Positions 26,997-35,046 of a stretch of DNA of 55,085 bases are shown piece after piece. The notes below the pieces were generated by a model, which did not search any database, was not told the origin of the DNA, and was given only the letters and a program-made list of their open reading frames with translations. The stretch's first letter is position 1; each line of letters begins with the position of its first letter. A program made the position numbers and the translations under genes. The DNA comes from an uncultured Candidatus Bathyarchaeia archaeon (GTDB lineage Archaea; Thermoproteota; Bathyarchaeia; Bathyarchaeales; DTEX01), in assembly GCA_964512445.1 (NCBI GenBank), contig CAZEGS010000002.1, positions 1 through 55,085 of the forward strand. Direction: 5' to 3'.

Positions 26997-29015
26997 ATGT
27001 CTGAAAGTCTCTCGGAACTTCGATCTGGCTTAACACCACGTGCACTTGCCTTCGGCATTTTGTGGGTATTCATCGCTACGCTATGGCAGACAGTCTTCTG
27101 GGGTCTATCAACAGTTCCAATCGGAAACATGCCAGGCGCAGAGCAGTTAACCGGTATGCCGACAGTCGCAGTATTCTTCGCCTTCGTCACAATAATGATA
27201 GGAAATGTACTCTTGTCTAAGATGCGATTCACCGTGCAGGAGCATACGGTAGTATATGCTATGATGCTTCTGGCAGGGGCGCCCGTAGGATTTTATCAGG
27301 GATGGTTCTACCTAACCGCGCTTTTCGGATGGCGAAGACCAGCAAACAATGAAGTTTTAGCCTGGGTTCCAAGCCACCTCATTCCTCCAAAGGAGGTTGT
27401 TGACCCAGCATTAACTGGCGGCGTAGCAGTGCCTTGGGGTGAAGTCTCAGGCTTCATGACAACATTCGTTGTTATGTATCTCTTATGGGGCTTCTACGGT
27501 CTCTTCAGCGCATTAATATTGAGAAGGCAGCTAATTGAGGTTGAAAGGGCGCCCTTCCCCTACGCAACGCCTGGTATAGAGCTGATCAGACAATCTGAGG
27601 AAGCGGATGGAAAACCGCGGATAATAAACTTCAGCATAAGGGGAACAAAGGTTCTCTGGGTCGGCATACTCGTCGGCTTCATCTGCTATCTCCCCTGGCT
27701 TCTAAACGCGTTAGCTCCAGAAATCTTCGTTGTCCCTTGGAGCTACACTTGGGAAGGAGGCTTCTTCTTCAACCTAGACGGCGCTCCGATAAATCTCTGG
27801 ACGATCCTACCGCAAGTTATGGGTTGTTTCTGGCTTAACCCAGAGCTCATCGCCTTCGCCTATATGGTTCCAGCCGACATATTATTATCTGCCGGATGGG
27901 GATGGTTCATATTCACATGGATCGTCCCGATAATTGAAGATGCCTTGGCAATCACGCCTAAGGCTGCAGGTTGGAGCCACTGCTACAGCCCATACTGGTT
28001 CTACGGGATGTCACATGGAATCAGACATGCCCTTGCCTTCGACTGGGGAGGCGTGCTAGGTCTAGGTGTAGCGATGGTCTTCCTAAATGCAAGATACCTT
28101 TCAAACACAATAAAGCGTATCTTCGCTCCGGAAGCTGGAGAAGCTGAAAGAAACGGAATGACCTACAGAGCCATGTGGATAGCGCTCATCATCACTTTCG
28201 TGTTATTCTTCATCTTCCTCACTTCATGGGCCTCCTGGAGTCCCATAATGGCGCTCTTCGTCCTAATCTACATGCAGATTTACTTCTTCGGTCAGACATA
28301 CATGAAGGCTGAAGCCGGTCCACAGGAATGGTACTGGTACTGGTATACCGACGACTTTGTAAGCGCCGCCGTCGTCTTCGGCACCGCGAAATTCCCACTA
28401 TCACCTGGACCTCAAAGCGCACTTTACGAGTTCGCACTCTACCCATACATGTTTGGATACCCAAGCAGCTGCGCAATTCAATGTACATCCCTAGAAGGCT
28501 TTAAGGTTGCAGATGCCACAAAAACAAGGCCTAGAGACCTAATAATCGCTTACGGAATAACAATGCCGATCGTATACATACTAACAATAGTCTTCTGCGT
28601 CTGGATGGCATATACATTCGGCATAACCAGGCTGAGAACTCCCAACTGGGGAGGCTTCGGAAACACGGCTGCAAGCTTCTATGATCGGCCAGCCGGCTAT
28701 CTACCGGACGCCGAAAAGATACAGTTCTTCGCATGGGGCTTCATAGCTACGATACTTCTGCTAATACTTAGGATGCGGTTCGTCTGGTTTCCAGTGCATC
28801 CGGCAGGTATAGTCGTAGGTGTAGGAGCAGACGTCAAGGCAGGCCCAGCCTTCTGGGTAGCATGGTTCCTGAAGTACATAACACTTAAGGTAGGTGGAAC
28901 AGCCCTCTACGAGCGAGTTGTCCCATTCGCCGTGGGAGTAGGCGTAGGCGCTGTGCTGCTGAGAATAATACACGCTGCGGTGGTAACAGGCATAACACTG
29001 TCGATAGGCCTATAA
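26997..29015 (+). CDS. Polytopic membrane protein, paralogue of 24870..26813 (OPT-superfamily-like)
   Basis: 672 aa. LTPRALAFGILWVFIAT... and RRQLIEVERAPFPYATPGIELI parallel the upstream paralogue. Confidence 0.5.
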   Translation: MSESLSELRSGLTPRALAFGILWVFIATLWQTVFWGLSTVPIGNMPGAEQLTGMPTVAVFFAFVTIMIGNVLLSKMRFTVQEHTVVYAMMLLAGAPVGFYQGWFYLTALFGWRRPANNEVLAWVPSHLIPPKEVVDPALTGGVAVPWGEVSGFMTTFVVMYLLWGFYGLFSALILRRQLIEVERAPFPYATPGIELIRQSEEADGKPRIINFSIRGTKVLWVGILVGFICYLPWLLNALAPEIFVVPWSYTWEGGFFFNLDGAPINLWTILPQVMGCFWLNPELIAFAYMVPADILLSAGWGWFIFTWIVPIIEDALAITPKAAGWSHCYSPYWFYGMSHGIRHALAFDWGGVLGLGVAMVFLNARYLSNTIKRIFAPEAGEAERNGMTYRAMWIALIITFVLFFIFLTSWASWSPIMALFVLIYMQIYFFGQTYMKAEAGPQEWYWYWYTDDFVSAAVVFGTAKFPLSPGPQSALYEFALYPYMFGYPSSCAIQCTSLEGFKVADATKTRPRDLIIAYGITMPIVYILTIVFCVWMAYTFGITRLRTPNWGGFGNTAASFYDRPAGYLPDAEKIQFFAWGFIATILLLILRMRFVWFPVHPAGIVVGVGADVKAGPAFWVAWFLKYITLKVGGTALYERVVPFAVGVGVGAVLLRIIHAAVVTGITLSIGL

Positions 29016-29023
29016 ACCCCCCA

Positions 29024-29031
29024 TTTTTTTT
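29024..29031 (+). terminator. Oligo-T tract (T8) 9 nt after the stop of 26997..29015; candidate archaeal terminator
   Basis: TAAACCCCCCATTTTTTTTATAC. Archaeal RNA polymerase terminates at oligo-T stretches. Confidence 0.35.
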
Positions 29032-29067
29032 ATACTTTATATTATAGAGGATAAAAGAGACTCTAAA

Positions 29068-29745
29068 ATGTCTACTCAGCCCAGAACCGAAGGAAATAAG
29101 GATAATCTCAAAAAGAAGATTTTCCAGGGAGTCCCCTTCATTATAAAAGTTTTTGAGAAGTATGTTGAGAGCTGGTCCTCAGTTGCAGACTCCCTCTATG
29201 TGAAGCCTAAAAATGTAAAGTTTAACCATCTCTTATTAAGGCCTAAAGCTTTCCTTTTTGAGACTAAATGGCAGATTACCGCCTTTTGTGAGATTGCAGA
29301 ACATCTGGAAAGGGATGTTCCTCCTGAGAGACTCTACGAAAGATTAAGAGGTATGAGCTGCATCCTCGAGTCTAAGGGGCTTCTAGGCAGAAAGAAGTAC
29401 TTTGTACCCGGTAGCTCCGTTGACGGCGTCGAAGCGTCAGATGAGCTCTCAAGAGCCTTGAATGAGAACAGGGAGATAATGAAGCTTGTTAGGTCTGTTA
29501 TGCCCGACGAGATGACGATAGCTCCCTCATCTATTATGAGGAAGTATCCGTCAAACAGGGCGGAGACGCCGACGCATGACATGGATTCATTACATGAAGG
29601 GCCTGGCAGAATCATGTGGATCATAAGATTGACGAGGGGGATCCAGAGGGGTCTTGGAACGTCGCGAAAAGCCGATCAGATCATAGAGCTTCTAGACAAG
29701 ATCACGGAGTTTCTGATCGAGAAGACAAGAGAGCTTCTATATTAG
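29068..29745 (+). CDS. Hypothetical soluble protein
   Basis: 225-aa ORF on the same strand as the transporter genes, 52 nt downstream. No recognisable motif. Confidence 0.5.
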   Translation: MSTQPRTEGNKDNLKKKIFQGVPFIIKVFEKYVESWSSVADSLYVKPKNVKFNHLLLRPKAFLFETKWQITAFCEIAEHLERDVPPERLYERLRGMSCILESKGLLGRKKYFVPGSSVDGVEASDELSRALNENREIMKLVRSVMPDEMTIAPSSIMRKYPSNRAETPTHDMDSLHEGPGRIMWIIRLTRGIQRGLGTSRKADQIIELLDKITEFLIEKTRELLY

Positions 29746-29887
29746 CCTAAACTCTTTTGCTGCGCACTGCCGGAGAAGATGCAACTTTAAATCTTCCCCG
29801 CAGATATTCTTTAATTAGTCTTGAAGCTCCCCTGAGGATGAAGCCGATAAGACGCTGTGGGGATATAATGCTTAGTGGGAGATTTAG

Positions 29888-31090
29888 ATGATAAAGATTG
29901 CCAGCTGGATTTCTCTCCTCCTAATCTTATCGCTGCTTCCATCACCAATAGCTTACAGCGGCTCTACTAAAATTCACATCTACGCATACGAGTCTCCCGC
30001 TACAGAATCGCTTTTAGAATATATCTCCAAGACGGGTTGCGAAGTGATATTTTATAGCCTCAACGAGTCTTCTGCAGTATCATCTGTAAACAAGATTGTT
30101 GTGATACTTGACCTGATCGGCGTTGAAGCGGCTCCGGGAATAGATGCTAACGTAACGTCCTGTAGACGATGCGAAATTCCACAATCCTTCTATGCAGGTG
30201 TGCCCATGCGGCTGGTCTCGCCCCTCATAGGTTTTTTCCGGAATGGAAGGCTAACAGCAATCACCATCGGAATCTCTAAACCTGAGATTCTAGATGAAGC
30301 GTTCAAGACTGCAGGTGATGACTACATGAAGGTGTTCACTCCCCAGAAGGAATACTCCATAACCGATGAGAATGCCAGAGCCCTACTTGAAGAATTGTTC
30401 CTTGAAGAATACGAGTCAAAAATAGAAACTCTAAATATCCCCTTAACAGTCACTCTGCTTGCAGTTGCAGACTCTATAAATCCATGTACCTTCACGGTCT
30501 TTACAGCCCTACTATTCATCACGCTATACTCGCTTGGCAAATCAAAGACCGTTTTGACAGGCCTCTCATTCATCACAGCTATCTTCTTATCATACTATGC
30601 CCTCGGCTTAGGCCTCATCCATCTGCTAGTAGCAATCCCATACATGGATAAGATTGTAGCGGCGGCTGGATTTGCAATCGGTCTCCTCAGCATCACTCGA
30701 GGTTTAAAGCCGAGTTTCAAATCTCCCATTCCACGACGGATAAGAAGATTCTTGGAGCGGCATATAGAGAAGTCGTATGCCAGCCCAATATTATCCTTCG
30801 CTTTAGGAATAATCGTCAGCTTCACGTTACTGCCATGCAGCTCAGGTCCCTACATAGTAAGTTTAGGTCTCCTATCACTTCTGAAGGATCATGTACAGGC
30901 ACGTCTCCTATTAGCCCTATACAATCTGCTATTTGTAACGCCGCTTATGCTGGTTCTCCTAGCGGTTCTAGCCTCACGTTTAGTAGCGAGAAAAATAAAG
31001 ATGCTGAAGAGCAGAAGGCTCGGAGTTATGGAATTGATTAACGGATCAATCCTCACGGCTATATGCATATATATAATCTTTTCGTCTTGA
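29888..31090 (+). CDS. CcdA/DsbD-like thiol:disulfide transmembrane protein fused to an N-terminal extracytoplasmic CxxC domain
   Basis: 400 aa. Signal peptide. Ectodomain with SCRRCE (CxxC). The membrane domain has DSINPCTFTVFTALLF and LLPCSSGPYIV, the two conserved membrane Cys motifs of the DsbD/CcdA type. Confidence 0.55.
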   Translation: MIKIASWISLLLILSLLPSPIAYSGSTKIHIYAYESPATESLLEYISKTGCEVIFYSLNESSAVSSVNKIVVILDLIGVEAAPGIDANVTSCRRCEIPQSFYAGVPMRLVSPLIGFFRNGRLTAITIGISKPEILDEAFKTAGDDYMKVFTPQKEYSITDENARALLEELFLEEYESKIETLNIPLTVTLLAVADSINPCTFTVFTALLFITLYSLGKSKTVLTGLSFITAIFLSYYALGLGLIHLLVAIPYMDKIVAAAGFAIGLLSITRGLKPSFKSPIPRRIRRFLERHIEKSYASPILSFALGIIVSFTLLPCSSGPYIVSLGLLSLLKDHVQARLLLALYNLLFVTPLMLVLLAVLASRLVARKIKMLKSRRLGVMELINGSILTAICIYIIFSS

Positions 31091-31154
31091 AGGCATCCCA
31101 GAGTAGAGGATAAAAGTTAATAAGGCTTAGGATTATTCTTGATGGGGTTCAAAA

Positions 31155-32192
31155 ATGAAGATTACGAGAGTTGAGACTTTCACTGTGGCAGTTCCATTTG
31201 TCCCTAAAATGGAAGTTTTAAATGACAACCTCGCCAAGGTGCCGAAGGTCATCATTAAGGTTCATACTGATGAAGGATTAATTGGTATAGGTGAGACTTA
31301 CAGAGGCATACCAGAAAGCATGGTGCGTGAAGAAGCATCAAAGCTTATAGGTAAAGATCCAATGGATATGAACCTGCAAGATCTAGAAGTCTCTCCGAGG
31401 CTGAAGCATGTCTTTGAGCAGGCATTTTATGACTTGGCTGGGAAGGCCCTCGGCGTTCCAGTCTACAAGCTACTGGGGGGAGCCTACAGAACCGAAGTAC
31501 CCGTCTCCGCATGGTCTCCCCATCATGGACCTAAGAATCCGGAGAAGACCGCTGCGATCGCGGAATTAGCCGTAGAGTTGGGATACAGCGTGATTAAGCT
31601 GAAAGCGAGACCTTGGGATATTGTAGAGACGGTTAAAGCTATAGAGAAGGTTGCAGGGCCAGATATGGGTATAGTCTGCGATCCAAACACCATGTTTAAT
31701 CAGCCTTCAATCGCGGTTAAGCTCGCCAGAAAACTTGAAGGGCACAATATAGTCTGCTTTGAAGATCCTGTTCCAAAGGAGAATCTCTACTGGTACGTCC
31801 TTCTAAGACATAAGATTGATATTCCTATCGCCCTCCATATAGGAGGAGCCGATATCATTAGAGCCATAAAGGCTGAGGCATGCGACATAATAAATACGAG
31901 TGGAACAATGTGGGAGTTTAAAAGGAACGCTGCCATCGCGGAGTTGGCGGGCATACCAGTATGGCATGGATCTGGAAACGATCTTGGAATATTAGAGGCA
32001 AGCTACCTGCATGCCTGCGCAGCAACGAAGAATGCTACTCTCACCAGCGATATATTCGGCGAGTTCTGCCGCGAGAACGATCTTCTAGTGGAGCCTATAG
32101 AGATAAAGAACGGATACGCTAAGGTGCCGGATAAGCCGGGGCTCGGCGTTGAATTAGATGAGAAGGCCATAGAAAAATACAGAATAAAATGA
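31155..32192 (+). CDS. Enolase-superfamily enzyme (mandelate racemase/muconate lactonizing enzyme family)
   Basis: 345 aa. MKITRVETFTVAVPF...IKVHTDEGLIGIGE capping domain, KxK motif VIKLKA, and barrel ligand motifs CDPN and FEDP. Confidence 0.85.
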   Translation: MKITRVETFTVAVPFVPKMEVLNDNLAKVPKVIIKVHTDEGLIGIGETYRGIPESMVREEASKLIGKDPMDMNLQDLEVSPRLKHVFEQAFYDLAGKALGVPVYKLLGGAYRTEVPVSAWSPHHGPKNPEKTAAIAELAVELGYSVIKLKARPWDIVETVKAIEKVAGPDMGIVCDPNTMFNQPSIAVKLARKLEGHNIVCFEDPVPKENLYWYVLLRHKIDIPIALHIGGADIIRAIKAEACDIINTSGTMWEFKRNAAIAELAGIPVWHGSGNDLGILEASYLHACAATKNATLTSDIFGEFCRENDLLVEPIEIKNGYAKVPDKPGLGVELDEKAIEKYRIK

Positions 32193-32388
32193 CATTCATT
32201 CTTTTCGAAATCTAAGAAATTAGAGAATCCTTTGAGAAGCAAATTGTTCAGGTGTAGGCTGCCTCCCTCTCCCTTTTTTATTATCTTCTATCAAGAAATT
32301 ATGTTGGCTGCTCTCAAGGCGACATAGAGAGTAGTGTATAACTAACTAAAAATATAAAAATAGATCGGTGAGATCCTCGGCTTACGGT

Positions 32389-33048
32389 TTAAACCTCGTA
32401 TCTTAGGGCCTCTGCTGGATGTAGCCTAGACGCGTAGAAGGCGGGATAAGCAGCTGCAGCGACGCTTAATAACGCGGAGATTCCTATCCCCTCAGATATA
32501 TATCTTAAATATTGAAACATGACGATTCCTATCTTATCTGCGGGGAAGACCCCTCCAATACCATATTGGACGCCATATATGCCGATCGCTGCGATCCAGC
32601 CTGCAAAGGATCCTATGACTCCGCCAAGCAATCCCAGCAATAGCGCCTCAATAAGGAATATCTCTAGAACGCTTGTATCCGTCGCTCCTAGACATTTAAT
32701 TGTGCCTATCTCCTTGTATCTCTCGGTGACGGACATGAGCATGGAGTTTATGATTCCCACGCCGCAGACGAGAAGGGCTATTATAGCCATCATCAGCTGG
32801 TATGCTTGAGGTGGCTGTTGACCGACATTTGGCAATATAACGTTCATTGAACGAATAGTTACATAGAATGCTATTCCTAAAAGGATCGAGACTGCAGTTA
32901 TAAGAGCTCTTGTAAATCGTTTCTTTATGCTTTCAAGACAGTAACGGAAGGCTTCTGTGAAGGGGAAGGTTATCGTCCCTATCTCCATCGAAGAAGCTTC
33001 AGAAGTCTGCTCTACTTTACTCTCCGAGCTCATAGCGTTATTCCTCAC
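32389..33048 (-). CDS. Minimal FtsX-family ABC permease (4 TM, about 20-aa external loop, no large extracytoplasmic domain)
   Basis: 219 aa. KRFTRALITAVSILLGIAFYV (TM1), SVTERYKEIGTIKCLGATDTSVLEIFLIEALLLGLLGGVIGSFAGW, and YPAFYASRLHPAEALRYEV. Confidence 0.85.
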   Translation of the reverse strand: MRNNAMSSESKVEQTSEASSMEIGTITFPFTEAFRYCLESIKKRFTRALITAVSILLGIAFYVTIRSMNVILPNVGQQPPQAYQLMMAIIALLVCGVGIINSMLMSVTERYKEIGTIKCLGATDTSVLEIFLIEALLLGLLGGVIGSFAGWIAAIGIYGVQYGIGGVFPADKIGIVMFQYLRYISEGIGISALLSVAAAAYPAFYASRLHPAEALRYEV

Positions 33049-33169
33049 GCATAAATTTAATGATGAACTATCACATTTAAAGATTTTCCAATTTTTCTAT
33101 GAGGAATCTTCAACCGTCCCTTTATGGACCCTACAAAAATAGGATTGAAAGTGATGCTGGAGGAGACCG

Positions 33170-33325
33170 TTATTTCTTCTTCTCTTCCTGTTCGATTTCC
33201 TTAAGTGCCTTCTGAAGCTCCTCAATCAAGGCCTTAATCTCTTCCGCTCCGCCGATTGTAACGGTTGTTCCATAAGCATCTGAGATGCACCATTCCCCTG
33301 TGACGGCGCGCCAAAGCGTCCACAC
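33170..33325 (-). CDS. Unannotated 51-codon ORF (GTG start) between the Cys4 protein gene and the FtsX permease gene
   Basis: Hand translation: (M)WTLWRAVTGEWCISDAYGTTVTIGGAEEIKALIEELQKALKEIEQEEKKK*. A purine-rich GGGAGAGAGAAATCG lies immediately upstream. The ORF fills an otherwise 300-nt gap inside a same-strand operon. It is below the ORF-track size cut-off. Confidence 0.35.
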   Translation of the reverse strand: MWTLWRAVTGEWCISDAYGTTVTIGGAEEIKALIEELQKALKEIEQEEKKK

Positions 33326-33350
33326 CGATTTCTCTCTCCCTCTAGCCGTC

Positions 33351-33695
33351 TTAAGACTCTTTCACTACCTCTTCTGATCTTCCCAGCCTCTCCCAATCCA
33401 CTCTCTTAGCGATCTTTTTAAGATGATCCTTAAGTAATTTCTCTGCCTTCTCTGCTCCTAAACGTCCAGAATTCCATGTGACGAAGGGCGGATAGAAGGA
33501 TGCCTCCTTGAATTTAGCCTTTCCATTTACTATATCAAATTTTATGTATCCTAGCTCTCTGAGGTAGCAGGAGTCATTTGGGCAGAGAATATCAATCTCT
33601 CTTAATTCATGCTTCAAATAAACTACCTTGTATTCTTCAGGGTCCTCTATTATTCTTCCACATGGACATTGAATACTCTCAATCTTTTCAGCCAT
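33351..33695 (-). CDS. Small Cys4 (zinc-ribbon-like) protein
   Basis: 114 aa. CPCGRII...(25 aa)...CPNDSC. Sits between the ABC ATPase and permease genes on the same strand. Confidence 0.55.
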   Translation of the reverse strand: MAEKIESIQCPCGRIIEDPEEYKVVYLKHELREIDILCPNDSCYLRELGYIKFDIVNGKAKFKEASFYPPFVTWNSGRLGAEKAEKLLKDHLKKIAKRVDWERLGRSEEVVKES

Positions 33696-33713
33696 ATTTC
33701 CACCACCATTAAA

Positions 33714-34460
33714 CTATTCGCTTTCAAACTCTTCAGCCGTTAACGTAAGTGCACGTCTCCTCTCTATATTCTCTATCATCCCATCTCGGAGGAAGACAAC
33801 CCTATCACTTATATCTATCATCTTTAGGTCGTGGGTGGCGCAGATAATCGTTGTTCCACGCTCAGCTTTTAGACGATACAAAAGCTGAACTATCGCGAAG
33901 CCAGTATTAAGATCCAAGTTTCCAGTAGGCTCATCTGCAAGGATAAGTGCAGGATCGTTAGCTAGTGCTCTGGCGATAGCTACTCTCTGCTGCTGGCCGC
34001 CGCTCAGCTCAGTTGGCCTATGATCAAGCCTTTCGCCTAAACCAACCATCCTCAGCAGCTCAGCCGCCCTCTTCCTCCTCTCCTCCTTGGGCACTCCCAA
34101 AAATATCATTGGCAAAGCGACGTTTTCAAGGGCGGTTAGGACGGGTATCAGGTTGAATGTCTGAAATATATAGCCGATCTTTCTGCATCTAAGCCAGGCG
34201 AGCTCGTAAGCGTCCAGCTTCGCTATATCCACTCCATCTATAAAGACCCTTCCTCTTGTAGGTCTATCTATTCCTCCAACCATGTTGAAGAGCGTTGTCT
34301 TCCCAGAGCCTGAGGGACCCATCACAGAAAGATATTCTCCATGAGGAACCTCCAGGTTTATCCCTCTCAGAGCGTGAACCTCTTCTCCCTTTAGATGATA
34401 AACCTTGTGAACATCGATAACCTTCACCGCTGGAACGGACTTCTCCATTGACAGATACAC
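33714..34460 (-). CDS. ABC transporter ATP-binding protein (MacB/LolD-like)
   Basis: 248 aa. Complete N-terminus ([12 protein letters not shown]), Walker [40 protein letters not shown]. Confidence 0.95.
   Translation of the reverse strand: MYLSMEKSVPAVKVIDVHKVYHLKGEEVHALRGINLEVPHGEYLSVMGPSGSGKTTLFNMVGGIDRPTRGRVFIDGVDIAKLDAYELAWLRCRKIGYIFQTFNLIPVLTALENVALPMIFLGVPKEERRKRAAELLRMVGLGERLDHRPTELSGGQQQRVAIARALANDPALILADEPTGNLDLNTGFAIVQLLYRLKAERGTTIICATHDLKMIDISDRVVFLRDGMIENIERRRALTLTAEEFESE
34119..34320 (-). repeat. Partner of the 202-bp perfect inverted tract (see 17411..17612)
   Basis: The reverse complement is identical base for base to 17411..17612. Confidence 0.95.
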
Positions 34461-34542
34461 CTTCTTACGTCTGTTTTATTTGTAAGGAAACTTATATAGT
34501 TAATGCTAAGTAATCTCGTATTGCCAAGTTTGTAATGTCTAA

Positions 34543-34893
34543 TCAGCTTCCCCCTCTGAAAATATTCAGGATTAAATTCTCTATGCTGCTGGATAATGTT
34601 AAGAAGATTCTTGCTGCTTCCTTCCCCTTCAAAGTTAAGGTGTAAATCCTCTTCTTTCCATCCCAGTATCCCTTGATAAGTCCCTCCCTTTCAAGAGAGT
34701 AGAGTGTAGAGTATATGGATCCTGAACTTGGTAGAAATCCAAAGTCTTCGAAGATCTGTGTTATGACGTCGTATCCGCTCATCGGTTTTCTTTTAAGGTT
34801 AAACAGGATGAGTATATCTATGAAGTTTCTGATGGTTCTTCTTCTGAGTTCTTGAAGAAGATTTCCTCTCTTGAAATGTATAGTTTCCATCAT
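34543..34893 (-). CDS. PadR-family transcriptional regulator
   Basis: 116 aa. ILILFNLKRKPMSGYDVITQI...SSGSIYSTLYSLEREGLIKGYW...KRIYTLTLKGKE is the PadR winged-helix pattern. Confidence 0.9.
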   Translation of the reverse strand: MMETIHFKRGNLLQELRRRTIRNFIDILILFNLKRKPMSGYDVITQIFEDFGFLPSSGSIYSTLYSLEREGLIKGYWDGKKRIYTLTLKGKEAARIFLTLSSSIENLILNIFRGGS

Positions 34894-34915
34894 ATTTTTT
34901 CACAATATTTAAACT

Positions 34916-34949
34916 TGTATATACATATATAAATTTTTTCTTATAAGAA
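34916..34949. promoter_or_regulatory. Two perfect palindromes (TGTATATACA at 34916..34925; TTCTTATAAGAA at 34938..34949) in the divergent PadR / coiled-coil-gene promoter region
   Basis: Each is its own reverse complement. They lie 23 to 56 nt upstream of the PadR start at 34893. Both are also TATA-like, so operator and TATA functions cannot be separated from sequence. Confidence 0.35.
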
Positions 34950-35046
34950 TATTTATGAATAGACCTGAAAAATCCGAATGATCACTTATTATGTTGAGAT
35001 ATTCATGCGTATTGACAAAAGTTATCTTTAACAAGTCTCAAGAGGT

